Of a stretch of 64,000 nucleotides of DNA, positions 45,155 through 54,322 are shown one piece after another; within the stretch, counting starts at the first letter, position 1; each line of letters begins with the position of its first letter. The position numbers and the translations under genes were made by a program. The notes under the pieces are model-generated. The model saw only the letters and a program-made list of their open reading frames with translations. It was not told the origin of the DNA and did no database searches. The DNA comes from an uncultured delta proteobacterium (GTDB lineage Bacteria > Myxococcota_A > Polyangia > Polyangiales > Polyangiaceae), in NCBI GenBank assembly GCA_963806225.1, contig CAWDXG010000004.1, forward strand, positions 4,896,001 to 4,960,000. The letters run 5' to 3'.

Positions 45155-46252
45155 TCAGGGCGTGGTGCCCGCGTAGGCGCCACAGCTCGGGCAGGTCGCG
45201 CCCGGCTGCATCACGTACAGCGCCCGGCAGTATGGGCACTTCGTCGGATGGGGGCCGTCGCCGAGCAGACCGAGCTCTGGCCTTTCCTGCCTGAGGCGCA
45301 GCGTCGCTGCGATCAGCGCGTCGCGAAGGGCCCGGCCGTACGCCTCCACGCCCGGCCACACGATCATGCGCGAGCCGCGGCGACCCACGAAGCGCAGCGA
45401 TGCCGTATGCCGGGTCACGCGGCGGTCGTAGCCGAGGGTGGGCGAGAAGGTGATCCCCACCAGATCACGACCGTCGATGAGCTCGCGGTCCCACTGCTCG
45501 CTGCCGCGCCGGCGAAAGCACTCGAGCGACTCCGCTCTCGCCGTGATCACCCGCTGCTCGGGCGGCCCGTCGAAGATGTTCTTGAGGGTGTGCCTGAGCC
45601 CGCGGCGACCGTTCTCCGAAAAGAGCAGGATAAGCGCGAACGGCAGCATCACCACGGCGAGCAGACCGAACAGCACGCGCTGCACCAGCGACAACGGAGC
45701 GGCCGTCTCGACGACGGTGAGCTCGCCCGGCGCCCGCGCCACCTCGAGCCCGGAACGCTGCAGGAAGGCCGCGGCTTCCGCCTCGTTCACGGCTTCCGGT
45801 CGCGTCATCAGCGGTCTGCCGCCGTACCAGACCTCGGCGGTCTCGCTGGCGCTGCCCGAGAGCGTCTCGACCACCACCAGGTTCTGGCGTGCGGCCGCAT
45901 CGAGCACGCTCGCCGTCGCCGCGTGTCCCTCGGCTTCGGAGCGCGGCCGGAACTTCGCCTCGCCGAGCGGACGGCCCCAGGCGTCGAGCAATCGCACGCA
46001 GAGCTCGTGATAGCTGTTGTAGAGCCTGCCCCGGATGCTCGGCAGCTCGATATCGCCTCCGCCGGTGCTGTCGCTGCCGCTGGCCGTGCCGACCAGGATC
46101 ACCACAGGCAGCAGGCAGACGAAACACCCGAACCCGAGCGACACTTCGAGCAAGCCCAGGGGTCTGAATTCCTCGACCTTGCGATGCTCGATCACCACGC
46201 GGGCGACCTCCGGCATCGGCTGGCCCAACAGCTCCGCGAGGCCCGCGCTCAT
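45155..46252 (-). CDS. Hypothetical membrane protein with C-terminal zinc ribbon
   Basis: Two hydrophobic segments and CPYC...CPSC at the C-terminus; start uncertain. Confidence 0.65.
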   Translation of the reverse strand: MSAGLAELLGQPMPEVARVVIEHRKVEEFRPLGLLEVSLGFGCFVCLLPVVILVGTASGSDSTGGGDIELPSIRGRLYNSYHELCVRLLDAWGRPLGEAKFRPRSEAEGHAATASVLDAAARQNLVVVETLSGSASETAEVWYGGRPLMTRPEAVNEAEAAAFLQRSGLEVARAPGELTVVETAAPLSLVQRVLFGLLAVVMLPFALILLFSENGRRGLRHTLKNIFDGPPEQRVITARAESLECFRRRGSEQWDRELIDGRDLVGITFSPTLGYDRRVTRHTASLRFVGRRGSRMIVWPGVEAYGRALRDALIAATLRLRQERPELGLLGDGPHPTKCPYCRALYVMQPGATCPSCGAYAGTTP

Positions 46253-46532
46253 CCCGCATCGAGCATCGCGCAGATCGGCTGTGGATCCAACCCGGTGCGG
46301 GGCGGCGGGGCTCGTGGCAGCACCGATCCTCTTGAGACACCGCTCGCCCGCCGAGGTTCCCGCCGAGCGCGATCGGGAACCCTCCGGGACTGCCGGTGTC
46401 GCTGGTTGAGTGGCCGAGCAGCGTGCACAGCGGCGCGGGAGCAGCATTTCAGCCGATGCCGGGCGCACGGGTAGCGACGCCACGCCGCTTCCGGTCTACC
46501 GTGTCGGCCGGACCTGGTGGGACGTGCCTGAC

Positions 46533-47132
46533 GTGGACGAAAGCAGCGAGCGGCGCTTCATCGAGCGGCTGCGCGCGCATGACGAACGCGCGTTCAACGA
46601 GCTCGTCGAGATCTACGAGCAGCGCGTGTTCCGCCTCGTGTTCCGCATGCTCGGCCGGCGCGACGAGGCCGAGGACATGGCGCAGGAGGTCTTCGTCCAG
46701 GTGTTCAAGGCGATCGGCCAGTTCCGCGGCGACGCCAAGCTGGGGACGTGGATCTACCGGATTGCGGTGAACCTCTGCAAAAACCGCGTGAAGTACCTGG
46801 CGCGGCGCCACACCGAGGCGCAGGACGAGCTGGAGCCGGTGGCGGAACGCGCGCCGCTCAGCCAAGCCAAGGGAGTGACCTTCGGCGACGTCGCACGACC
46901 TGATCACATGGCGGAAGCTTTCCAGGTCGAGCAGGTCGTGCACGCATGCATTGCCGAGCTGGAGCCCGACTTCCGCGAGGTGCTCATCCTGAGGGACGTG
47001 GAGGACCTGAGCTACGACGAGATCGCCGAGATCACGGGGCTGGCCGACGGCACCGTGAAGAGCCGCATCCACCGAGCGCGCAGCATGCTCAAACAGAAGG
47101 TCGAAAGCGCACTGGGGGAGAAGATCCGATGA
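46533..47132 (+). CDS. ECF RNA polymerase sigma factor
   Basis: AFNELV, AEDMAQEVF, WIYRIAVN, LSYDEIAEITG..GTVKSRIHRAR. Confidence 0.92.
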   Translation: MDESSERRFIERLRAHDERAFNELVEIYEQRVFRLVFRMLGRRDEAEDMAQEVFVQVFKAIGQFRGDAKLGTWIYRIAVNLCKNRVKYLARRHTEAQDELEPVAERAPLSQAKGVTFGDVARPDHMAEAFQVEQVVHACIAELEPDFREVLILRDVEDLSYDEIAEITGLADGTVKSRIHRARSMLKQKVESALGEKIR

Positions 47133-47518
47133 GCGAGCCCGACAAGCCCGACGAAGAACCGACCGAGCCGACCCCGGACCCGGAGACGGATCGGGCCGAC
47201 TTCGACGAGGAAGCGGACTCGGAAATCCGCGACATGCTGCGCGGCGCGATGCAGCAGCGCGAGGACGAGGAGCAGCCGCCCCCCGACGTGCTGCGCGGCG
47301 TACAGCGCCGCTTGCGTGAGCGCAGCGGCGGGAAGTTCTACGCCGAAGGCTGGAGCACCGCGCGCCACCCGCCCATCTCCATGTTCCTGCTGACGAGCCT
47401 GTTGATGCTGGCCATCGTCTTCATCGTCTACGCCGTCCTCAGCCCCACCCAGGGCGAGCCCGTACGCGTCAAGATGGCGCCCGCCCCCGTGCACATCCTG
47501 CCGTCGCGCCGGCACTGA
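47129..47518 (+). CDS. Putative membrane anti-sigma factor
   Basis: ATGA overlap with the sigma gene, acidic N-terminus, single transmembrane helix. Confidence 0.6.
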   Translation: MSEPDKPDEEPTEPTPDPETDRADFDEEADSEIRDMLRGAMQQREDEEQPPPDVLRGVQRRLRERSGGKFYAEGWSTARHPPISMFLLTSLLMLAIVFIVYAVLSPTQGEPVRVKMAPAPVHILPSRRH

Positions 47519-47541
47519 GCGCAGGCACGTCGCCACGCGCG

Positions 47542-48510
47542 GCGTTGCGGTCGCGGCGGGCGACAGATGGGGCGACATAACCGGTTATGTCCGGAGAAAT
47601 GTCGGCGCGCGCGGCGTCGGGGTCGCGGTGGGCGACGCTGGGCGGGGGATAACCGGTTATGTCCTGCGAAATGTCGGCGCGCTGTGCGTTGCGGTCGCGG
47701 CGGGCGACAGATGGGGCGACATAACCGGTTATGTCCGGCGAAATGTCGGCGCGCTGTGCGTCGCGGTCGCGGCGGGCGTCCGGCGAAATGTCGGCGCGCT
47801 GTGCGTCGCGGTCGCGGCGGGCGACAGATGGGGCGACATAACCGGTTATGTCCGGCGAAATGTCGGCGCGCTGTGCGTCGCGGTCGCGGCGGGCGTCCTG
47901 CGAAATGTCGGCGCGCTGCGCGTCGCGGTCGCGGAGGGCGACAGATGGGGCGACATAACCGGTTATGTCCGGCGAAATGTCGGCGCGCTGTGCGTCGCGG
48001 TCGCGGCGGGCGTCCGGCGAAATGTCGGCGCGCTGTGCGTCGCGGTCGCGGCGGGCGACAGATGGGGCGACATAACCGGTTATGTCCGGCGAAATGTCGG
48101 CGCGCTGCGCGTCGCGGTCGCGGAGGGCGACAGATGGGGCGACATAACCGGTTATGTCCTGCGAAATGTCGGCGCGCTGTGCGTCGCGGTCGCGGCGGGC
48201 GACGATGGGCGGGAGATAACCGGTTATGTCCGGCGAAATGTCGGCGCGCTGTGCGTCGCGGTCGCGGCGGGCGACAGATGCGGGCGACAGAACCGGTTAT
48301 GTCCGGCGAAATGTCGGCGCGCTGTGCGTCGCGGTCGCGGCGGGCGACAGATGGGGCGACATAACCGGTTATGTCCGGCGAAATGTCGGCGCGCTGTGCG
48401 TCGCGGTCGCGGAGGGCGACAGATGGGGCGACATAACCGGTTATGTCCGGCGAAATGTCGGCGCGCTGTGCGTCGCGGTCGCGGAGGGCGTCCGGCGAAA
48501 TGTCGGCGCG
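47542..48510. repeat. Tandem array A: eleven 72-bp palindrome-containing units plus four 45-bp deleted units
   Basis: Unit gcgtcgcggtcgcggcgggcgacagatggggcGACATAACCGGTTATGTCcggcgaaatgtcggcgcgctgt; palindromes start at 47574, 47646, 47718, 47835, 47952, 48069, 48141, 48213, 48286, 48358, 48430. Confidence 0.97.
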
Positions 48511-48575
48511 CACCGCCCGCGCCAGTGCGTCTGCCGCGCACGCGCGCGTCCGCACGTGAACCCGAGCGCGCGGCG

Positions 48576-49349
48576 CTACTCGATCCAGCGTGCGAGCACG
48601 CAGGTGACGTTGTCGGGGCCGCCGTTTTCGTTGGCGGCTTCGATGAGGCGGTTGGAGGCGGTGGGCAGATCGGGCGAGTCGAGCACGATCTTGAGGATGT
48701 CGGGGTCGGTCACGGGGCCGCTCAGGCCGTCGCTGCAGAGCACCACCGTGTCGCCGGCGCGCGGCGCCTCGAAGCGCGTGTCGACCTTGACCGTGTCCTT
48801 CATGCCGAGGGCCCGCACGATCACGTTCTTGTGCGGGAAGTTGGCGATCTCTTCCTCGGTGAGGCGCTTCATCTTCTTGTAGTCGTTGAGCAGCGAGTGA
48901 TCTTCGGTCAGCTGCTCGATGGCGCCTTCGCGGATGCGGTAGACGCGGCTGTCGCCCACGTGAGCGACGTAGATGCCGTCCTCCACCGCGAACAGCGCGA
49001 CGAGCGTGGTGCCCATGCCGCGCTGCTTGGCATTGCGCTGGGCCTGCTCGTAGATGCGGAGGTTGCAGAGCTTGATGCCGGTGACGAGGCGGTTTTCCTC
49101 GTAGTTCTTGTTCCGGTCCATCTTGTACGGCCAGGTGCGCTCCGGGTCGTCCGCCGTCGCGGCGAAAAACTCCTGCAGCGTGTCGACCGCCATCTTGGAC
49201 GCGATCTCGCCAGACGCATGACCGCCCATGCCGTCCGCCACCACGTAGAGGCCGTACTCCGCGAGAATCGCGAAGTTGTCCTCGTTATGGTTGCGTTTCC
49301 GGCCTACGTCGGTCTGGCCTGCGACCTCGATACGGAGGGGCCCTGTCAC
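48576..49349 (-). CDS. PP2C-family Ser/Thr protein phosphatase (Stp1/PrpC-like)
   Basis: TDVGRKRNHNED, VADGMGGH, GMGTT, HVGDSR, LCSDGL, GGPDNVT. Confidence 0.93.
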   Translation of the reverse strand: MTGPLRIEVAGQTDVGRKRNHNEDNFAILAEYGLYVVADGMGGHASGEIASKMAVDTLQEFFAATADDPERTWPYKMDRNKNYEENRLVTGIKLCNLRIYEQAQRNAKQRGMGTTLVALFAVEDGIYVAHVGDSRVYRIREGAIEQLTEDHSLLNDYKKMKRLTEEEIANFPHKNVIVRALGMKDTVKVDTRFEAPRAGDTVVLCSDGLSGPVTDPDILKIVLDSPDLPTASNRLIEAANENGGPDNVTCVLARWIE

Positions 49350-49468
49350 GGAAGTGCCGTCGCCAAAATCACCAGAAGATCCGCGAGTATCCTCCTAACA
49401 GGCGGAGCCGCTGTCAACGAAATCATCCAGGTTGGCGGATCGGGCTGATATTGCCCGCGGGATGGCGC

Positions 49469-50635
49469 TCAATAGCCGGTGTCCGGCCGCTGCCGGGGCG
49501 CCCGGCGATGCGCTTTGTGCCTGGGTGCGAGGTGCCTCTTGACGGATGCGTCCGGAGCCGCTCTCAGCGTCACGGTCACCCGGCGGAACTTGCCATGACC
49601 GAAGACAAGCAGCTCCACGCTGTCGCCGACCGCTTTTGCGTTGATGCGGTCGGCCAGCGCCTCGGGCGTGGCGACGGGCTTGCCGTCGACCGCCACCACC
49701 TCGTCGGCCAGGTTCGCATCGCCGTTGCCGTGCAGTCCGGCGGCCGCCGCCGGGCTCTGCGGGTGCACGCCGACCACGCGCACGCCGTGGACGGGACCGG
49801 CGTCGTCCGTCACGCCCTGGATGCCGAGCCACGGCGCGGGCGGCACGGCGTTCTTCGGAACCGTGCGCAGGAAGGCCTTGAGCGCGCTGACCGGCACGCC
49901 GTAGGGCACGCGCGCGCACGGCGCGTGGGGCACCGGTGCGCAGGCGCGCGCGATGAGCGCCACGACGCGCCCCTTGTTGTCGATGATCGGCGAGCCGAGA
50001 TCGGCCTTCTTGAAGTGCGTGGCAAGCTCGAGTGCATCGGGCAGAAGCTCGCTGTCTGCGCCGAGCATCGTGCTTTCGCCCTTCACGATGGTGCGGGCGA
50101 GCGCCAGGCTCTTCTTGCCGACGAGGCTGAAAGACCGGAGCGAAAGCCCGGCCTGGGTGGGCGACTCGTTCGACGCCTTCAGGCCCTTCTTCCAGCGGCC
50201 GTTCTGCGGGATAAGCAGCGCCAGATCCCACGAGCGATCAGCGTGGCCCACCTTGACGCGAGACACGCTGCCGTCCGCGTAGCGCGCATCGACGTTGTTG
50301 CCGTGCGTGAGCGGGGAGAGCGCCGTGAGGATGCGCCCGTCGCCCGCGAGCACGGTGCCGACACCGAGCGGCTTGCCGTGGCGTTCGAGCACCACGACGC
50401 CCTGTCGCGCGTGCGCGAGCGGACTCGGCGCGCTCTGCTGGGCCGAGTCCGGCAGATCGCCGGCCGCCACCTGGTCGGCGGCGTCGGCTGCGGCGTGCGC
50501 GGCCTGGCTGACCTGGTGTGCAGCCTCGGCCCGTTGTTGTGAAGCGGTCTGGGCCGATGCATCCGGAGTGGCAGCCGTGGCTACCACCAGCGCAGAAACC
50601 CCAACCGCGGCGGAGAAGAGTCGCCGTGCGGTCAC
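49469..50635 (-). CDS. Exported trypsin-like/PDZ (HtrA-like) protein with degenerate catalytic motifs
   Basis: Signal peptide, GVGTVL..DGRILTA, DLALL, ADLGSPI, PWLGI + PDZ domain. Confidence 0.75.
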   Translation of the reverse strand: MTARRLFSAAVGVSALVVATAATPDASAQTASQQRAEAAHQVSQAAHAAADAADQVAAGDLPDSAQQSAPSPLAHARQGVVVLERHGKPLGVGTVLAGDGRILTALSPLTHGNNVDARYADGSVSRVKVGHADRSWDLALLIPQNGRWKKGLKASNESPTQAGLSLRSFSLVGKKSLALARTIVKGESTMLGADSELLPDALELATHFKKADLGSPIIDNKGRVVALIARACAPVPHAPCARVPYGVPVSALKAFLRTVPKNAVPPAPWLGIQGVTDDAGPVHGVRVVGVHPQSPAAAAGLHGNGDANLADEVVAVDGKPVATPEALADRINAKAVGDSVELLVFGHGKFRRVTVTLRAAPDASVKRHLAPRHKAHRRAPRQRPDTGY

Positions 50636-51268
50636 ACCCGCAGTGTAGCTCCAAATGCACGCCTGGACAGGTCGTCCCCGGTCAATTCGCATGGTCGCCT
50701 CCGTACCCGTTCGAGCTCTGCAAATCCCCTGCCGGACTGCCCGTGCGCTTTGTCGCCGATCGGACCGCCGCGCAAGTCGGCGTCGCGTCGCCGCTTTCCG
50801 CCGTGCGGGGGCAGGATGCCCCGCGCGCGTCATCATTTTCCGTGCCTGTTGGATGGGGGCACCCAACCAGGTGCCCCAGCAGGCCCACCCCGCCCGTCAC
50901 CGCAGCCCACAGCCGTCGATCGGCGGCGATGGCCGTTGGGCGATCCGGCGCCCTGCTGCCGTCGATATGCGGGCAGGCGCCGCCGCGCTGCCGCCGGCGT
51001 ATTGCGACAGCTGGCAGGGTGGCGGGACCCTCGGCCGCGCGCAGGCCGGCTCGTCGAGGAAGCGGCGCCCGGCGACGGCCGGCCGAGCACGGGCGTGAGG
51101 GACCGCCGCCGCCGCAGGCGGCGGCTCGCGCCGCGACGCACCGCGGTGGGGAGCAGCCTGTGCGCCTTCCGGCCGGGAGCACCGCATTCCGTGCGGCCTC
51201 GCGCTACGAGCGCGGGCCTGTTTCTCGCTGGCCGCGTGGTGGTCTGCTCCTTGCTCGGCCAAGATCGC

Positions 51269-51872
51269 ATGGGCTGGCTCGTTGTTGCGACGCTTGCTGC
51301 CGTGGTGCTGCTTCTGCCAGGCGTTGCCCATGCGGCGAGCGACGAGCCGCCCTGGTACCTCGTGACGCGCGCGCTGATGACCGGTTCTTCCGACCGCTCG
51401 GATCCGCCGGGCTACGAGGTGTACAGCGCCATCACACTCGAGCTGGGCGCCGGGCGGCAGCTCGGGCGGTGGCTCGGCGTCGAGCTCGATGCGAGGACCG
51501 AGTCCCACGAGATCGACCTGACCGGGGCGGAGGGCTACCGGAGTCTCGGCTCGGTCGAGATGCTTCCGGTCAACCTGCTGGTGCACGTACGCCCTCCGTG
51601 GTGGCGCGGGGTGCATCCCTACGTTGGCGCGGGGGTGAATCTGACGGTGACGTGGGAGAAGAGCGGCGAGCTCGACTCGACCGACCTGACGCCAAGCGTG
51701 GGGCCCGCGCTTGCGCTCGGCCTCGAGGTCGATATCTCCCGGAGCGTCTTCCTGAACGCCGACATCCGCTGGAACACGCTCAGGACCGACATCGAGGCGA
51801 ACGGGGCGCGCCTTGTGCGCCTGCGGCTCGAATCCGCTCTCGTTCGGGCTGGGCGTCGGCGCGCGCTTCTAG
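51269..51872 (+). CDS. OmpW-family outer-membrane protein (frameshift near 51830)
   Basis: Signal peptide, LGSVEMLPVNL, HPYVGAGVN; C-terminal PLSFGLGVGARF* in a shifted frame. Confidence 0.7.
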
Positions 51873-51889
51873 GGCCGCGTTCGACCTGG

Positions 51890-52570
51890 CTAACGGCTAG
51901 GCTCGAGGCGGCGGATGCCGTGCGCGCCGGCCACGAGCACCAGGTCGGCGCGCTGGATGAACAGTCCCGTTTCGACCACGCCCGGCACGCGGCGGAGCTC
52001 CGCGTCGAGCGCGGCGGGGTCGTCGATCTCGCCCGCGCGTACGTCGTAGATGTAGTTGCCCGCGTCGGTCATCCACGGCTTGCCGCCTCTGAGGCGCAGG
52101 CCCGTTTCGCCGAACCGACCGAGCGCGCGGACGGTCGCCTTGTGCGCGAAGGCCAGCACCTCGACGGGGACCGGCCAGCGACGACCGAGCTTCTCGCTGA
52201 GCTTCGTGTCGTCGACGATAATGATGTTCTTCTGCGACGCGAAGTTGACGATCTTCTCGCGCGTGTGCGCGCCGCCGCCGCCCTTGATGAGGTCGAGCGA
52301 CGCGCTCACCTCGTCGGCACCGTCGACCGAGAGCGCGATGTCCCACGGACCCTCGTCGTCGAGGAGCTCGATGCCGAGCGATAGCGCCTGGGCGCGGCTG
52401 CCGTCACTGGTGGGCACGCCGCGCAGCTTGCGGCCGTCTTTCACGAGGCGGCCCACGCCGTCGATGAAGAGCTTCGCCGTCGAGCCCGAGCCGAGCCCGA
52501 TCACGCCTTCTTCCGGCAACAGCTCGAGCGCGGCGTCGGCGGCTGCCTGCTTCGCTTCGTCCTGCGTCAT
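51890..52570 (-). CDS. rpiA: Ribose-5-phosphate isomerase A
   Basis: IGLGSGSTA, DGADEV, IKGGGGAHTREKIV, PVEV, TDAGNYI, PGVVETGLF. Confidence 0.95.
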   Translation of the reverse strand: MTQDEAKQAAADAALELLPEEGVIGLGSGSTAKLFIDGVGRLVKDGRKLRGVPTSDGSRAQALSLGIELLDDEGPWDIALSVDGADEVSASLDLIKGGGGAHTREKIVNFASQKNIIIVDDTKLSEKLGRRWPVPVEVLAFAHKATVRALGRFGETGLRLRGGKPWMTDAGNYIYDVRAGEIDDPAALDAELRRVPGVVETGLFIQRADLVLVAGAHGIRRLEPSR

Positions 52571-52643
52571 GGGCCGGACTATAGCCCGCCGCGCGCGGGG
52601 CTTTGGCGAACACATCCCGGCGCGCGCGCGCGGCGAGAGTGTG

Positions 52644-53057
52644 GGGCGACAATCGGGGGGACATAACCGGTTATGTCCGGAGAAATGTCGGCGCGCTGTG
52701 GGTCGGGGTCGTGGAGGGCGACAGCTGGGCGGGACATACCCGGTTATGTCCGGAGAAATGTCGGCGCGCTGTGGGTCGGGGTCGCGGAGGGCGACAGATG
52801 GGGCGACATAACCGGTTATGTCCGGTGAAATGTCGGCGCGCTGTGGGTCGGGGTCGCGGAGGGCGACAGATGGGGCGACATACCCGGTTATGTCCGGAGA
52901 AATGTCGGCGCGCTGTGGGTCGGGGTCGCGGAGGGCGACAGATGGGCGCGACATACCCGGTTATGTCCGGAGAAATGTCGGCGCGCTGTGGGTCGGGGTC
53001 GCGGAGGGCGACAGATGGGGCGACATAACCGGTTATGTCCGGTGAAATGTCGGCGCG
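52644..53057. repeat. Tandem array B: six 72/73-bp units of the same palindromic repeat
   Basis: Palindromes start at 52660, 52733, 52805, 52877, 52950, 53022; same orientation as array A. Confidence 0.97.
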
Positions 53058-53087
53058 CGGGCTCCGCGGACGCGCCTTCGTGGCGCG

Positions 53088-53963
53088 CTACCGCTGACAG
53101 TGAGGACAATAGTGCGCCGAGCGCTGTCCGATGACGATCCGGCGGATGGGCGCGCCGCAGACACTGCAGGGTTCGCCTTCGCGGGCGTAGACGCGGCGCT
53201 CGTCCTGGTAGGCGCCGTCGCTGCCGTCGGGTTGCACGTAGTCGCTGATGCTGGAGCCGCCCGTCTCGATGCTGCGGAGCAACACGCGCTGCAGCGCTGC
53301 CATGATGGCGTCGGCTTCGCGGCGGGTGACGCGCGCCGAGCGGCGCGTGGGGCGCACTCCCGCAAGGAACAGCGCTTCGTCGGCGTAGATGTTGCCGACG
53401 CCGGCGAGCACGGATTGATCGAGCAGCAGCGACTTGATCGGGATGCGGCGGCGGCGCGCGGCGGAAAAGAGCAGCGCGCCGTCGGCGGCGAGGGCGTCGG
53501 TGCCGAGCTTGTCGAGCCGCGGGTCGCTCTCTCCGGCGGGAAGCAGCGCGAGCTTGCCGAATTTCCGGACGTCGCGAAAGAGCACGTCGGGGCCGCCGTC
53601 GTCGAAGGCAAGGGCGAAGTGCGTGTGCTCGTCGGGCTTGAATGCTCGCTGCGCCTCGGGCGCGAGCGCGGCGCGGCCCGTCCTCTGGAGCAGCCGCACG
53701 CTCGTCGCTTCCGCACTGAAGAGCTGCCCCGTCATGCCGAGATGGATCAAGAGGCGGCGGTCGTCGTCGAGCAAGGCGAGCAGGTACTTGCCGAGGCGGT
53801 CGAGCGCTGTGATGCGCCGTCCGCGCAGCGTGCTGCAGAGCTTCGCGGGCGGCGTGAGGAAGAAGTAGCTGTCCGCCGTGGTGCGCACACGGCGGATGGT
53901 GCGTCCGACGAGCAGCGGCTCGATGCGACGCCGCGTGACCTCGACCTCGGGCAGCTCCGGCAC
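53088..53963 (-). CDS. mutM: Formamidopyrimidine-DNA glycosylase
   Basis: MPELPEVE, RLGKYL, HLGMTG, DVRKFG, GVGNIYADE, C-terminal CxxC...CPHCQ zinc finger. Confidence 0.96.
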   Translation of the reverse strand: MPELPEVEVTRRRIEPLLVGRTIRRVRTTADSYFFLTPPAKLCSTLRGRRITALDRLGKYLLALLDDDRRLLIHLGMTGQLFSAEATSVRLLQRTGRAALAPEAQRAFKPDEHTHFALAFDDGGPDVLFRDVRKFGKLALLPAGESDPRLDKLGTDALAADGALLFSAARRRRIPIKSLLLDQSVLAGVGNIYADEALFLAGVRPTRRSARVTRREADAIMAALQRVLLRSIETGGSSISDYVQPDGSDGAYQDERRVYAREGEPCSVCGAPIRRIVIGQRSAHYCPHCQR

Positions 53964-53991
53964 GCCGCAAGCCTAGCGCAGCCCGGAACCG

Positions 53992-54276
53992 CTAGCCCCG
54001 CGTCCAACCGCAGCCTGCGCAGCGGCTCTGGTTCGCCCCGACGATCATGTTGCATTTCGGGCATTCGACCGCGGGCAGGCCTTGCGCCGGCGGGGCGATC
54101 TCGGCCAGGTAGACCGGGTCGGGCTCGACGAACCATTCGATGCGGCCGCAGCGCCGACAGACGTAGACGTCGGCCGACTTGTTGAACGCGTCAAGCGAAA
54201 ACAGCGTTGCCAGCGCGGTGTTGAGCTGGGCTCGCCGATGAGTGAATGCGTCGCCTCCGCAATGGGGGCACCGCAT
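53992..54276 (-). CDS. Small double zinc-ribbon protein
   Basis: CPHC...CRRC and CPKC...CAGC; 94 aa. Confidence 0.65.
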   Translation of the reverse strand: MRCPHCGGDAFTHRRAQLNTALATLFSLDAFNKSADVYVCRRCGRIEWFVEPDPVYLAEIAPPAQGLPAVECPKCNMIVGANQSRCAGCGWTRG

Positions 54277-54322
54277 GTCTCTGTTTTCGGCTGGCATCGT
54301 TTCAAGGAGCGTCGCACAGACG

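Noticed and set aside
47428..49448. Long repetitive ORFs through array A (DITGYV repeats on both strands)
   Set aside because: They stay open because the 72- and 45-bp units are multiples of 3 and GC-rich; they overlap real genes, lack credible starts and shift frame at the 73-bp unit.
52571..52954. N-terminal repeat extension of RpiA suggested by the ORF track
   Set aside because: RpiA homology starts at MTQDEAK (52570), which has TATAGT 7 nt upstream; the extension is array B read in frame.
47542..53057. CRISPR interpretation of the two palindromic arrays
   Set aside because: Sequences between palindromes are near-identical rather than unique spacers, and no cas genes or leader are visible.
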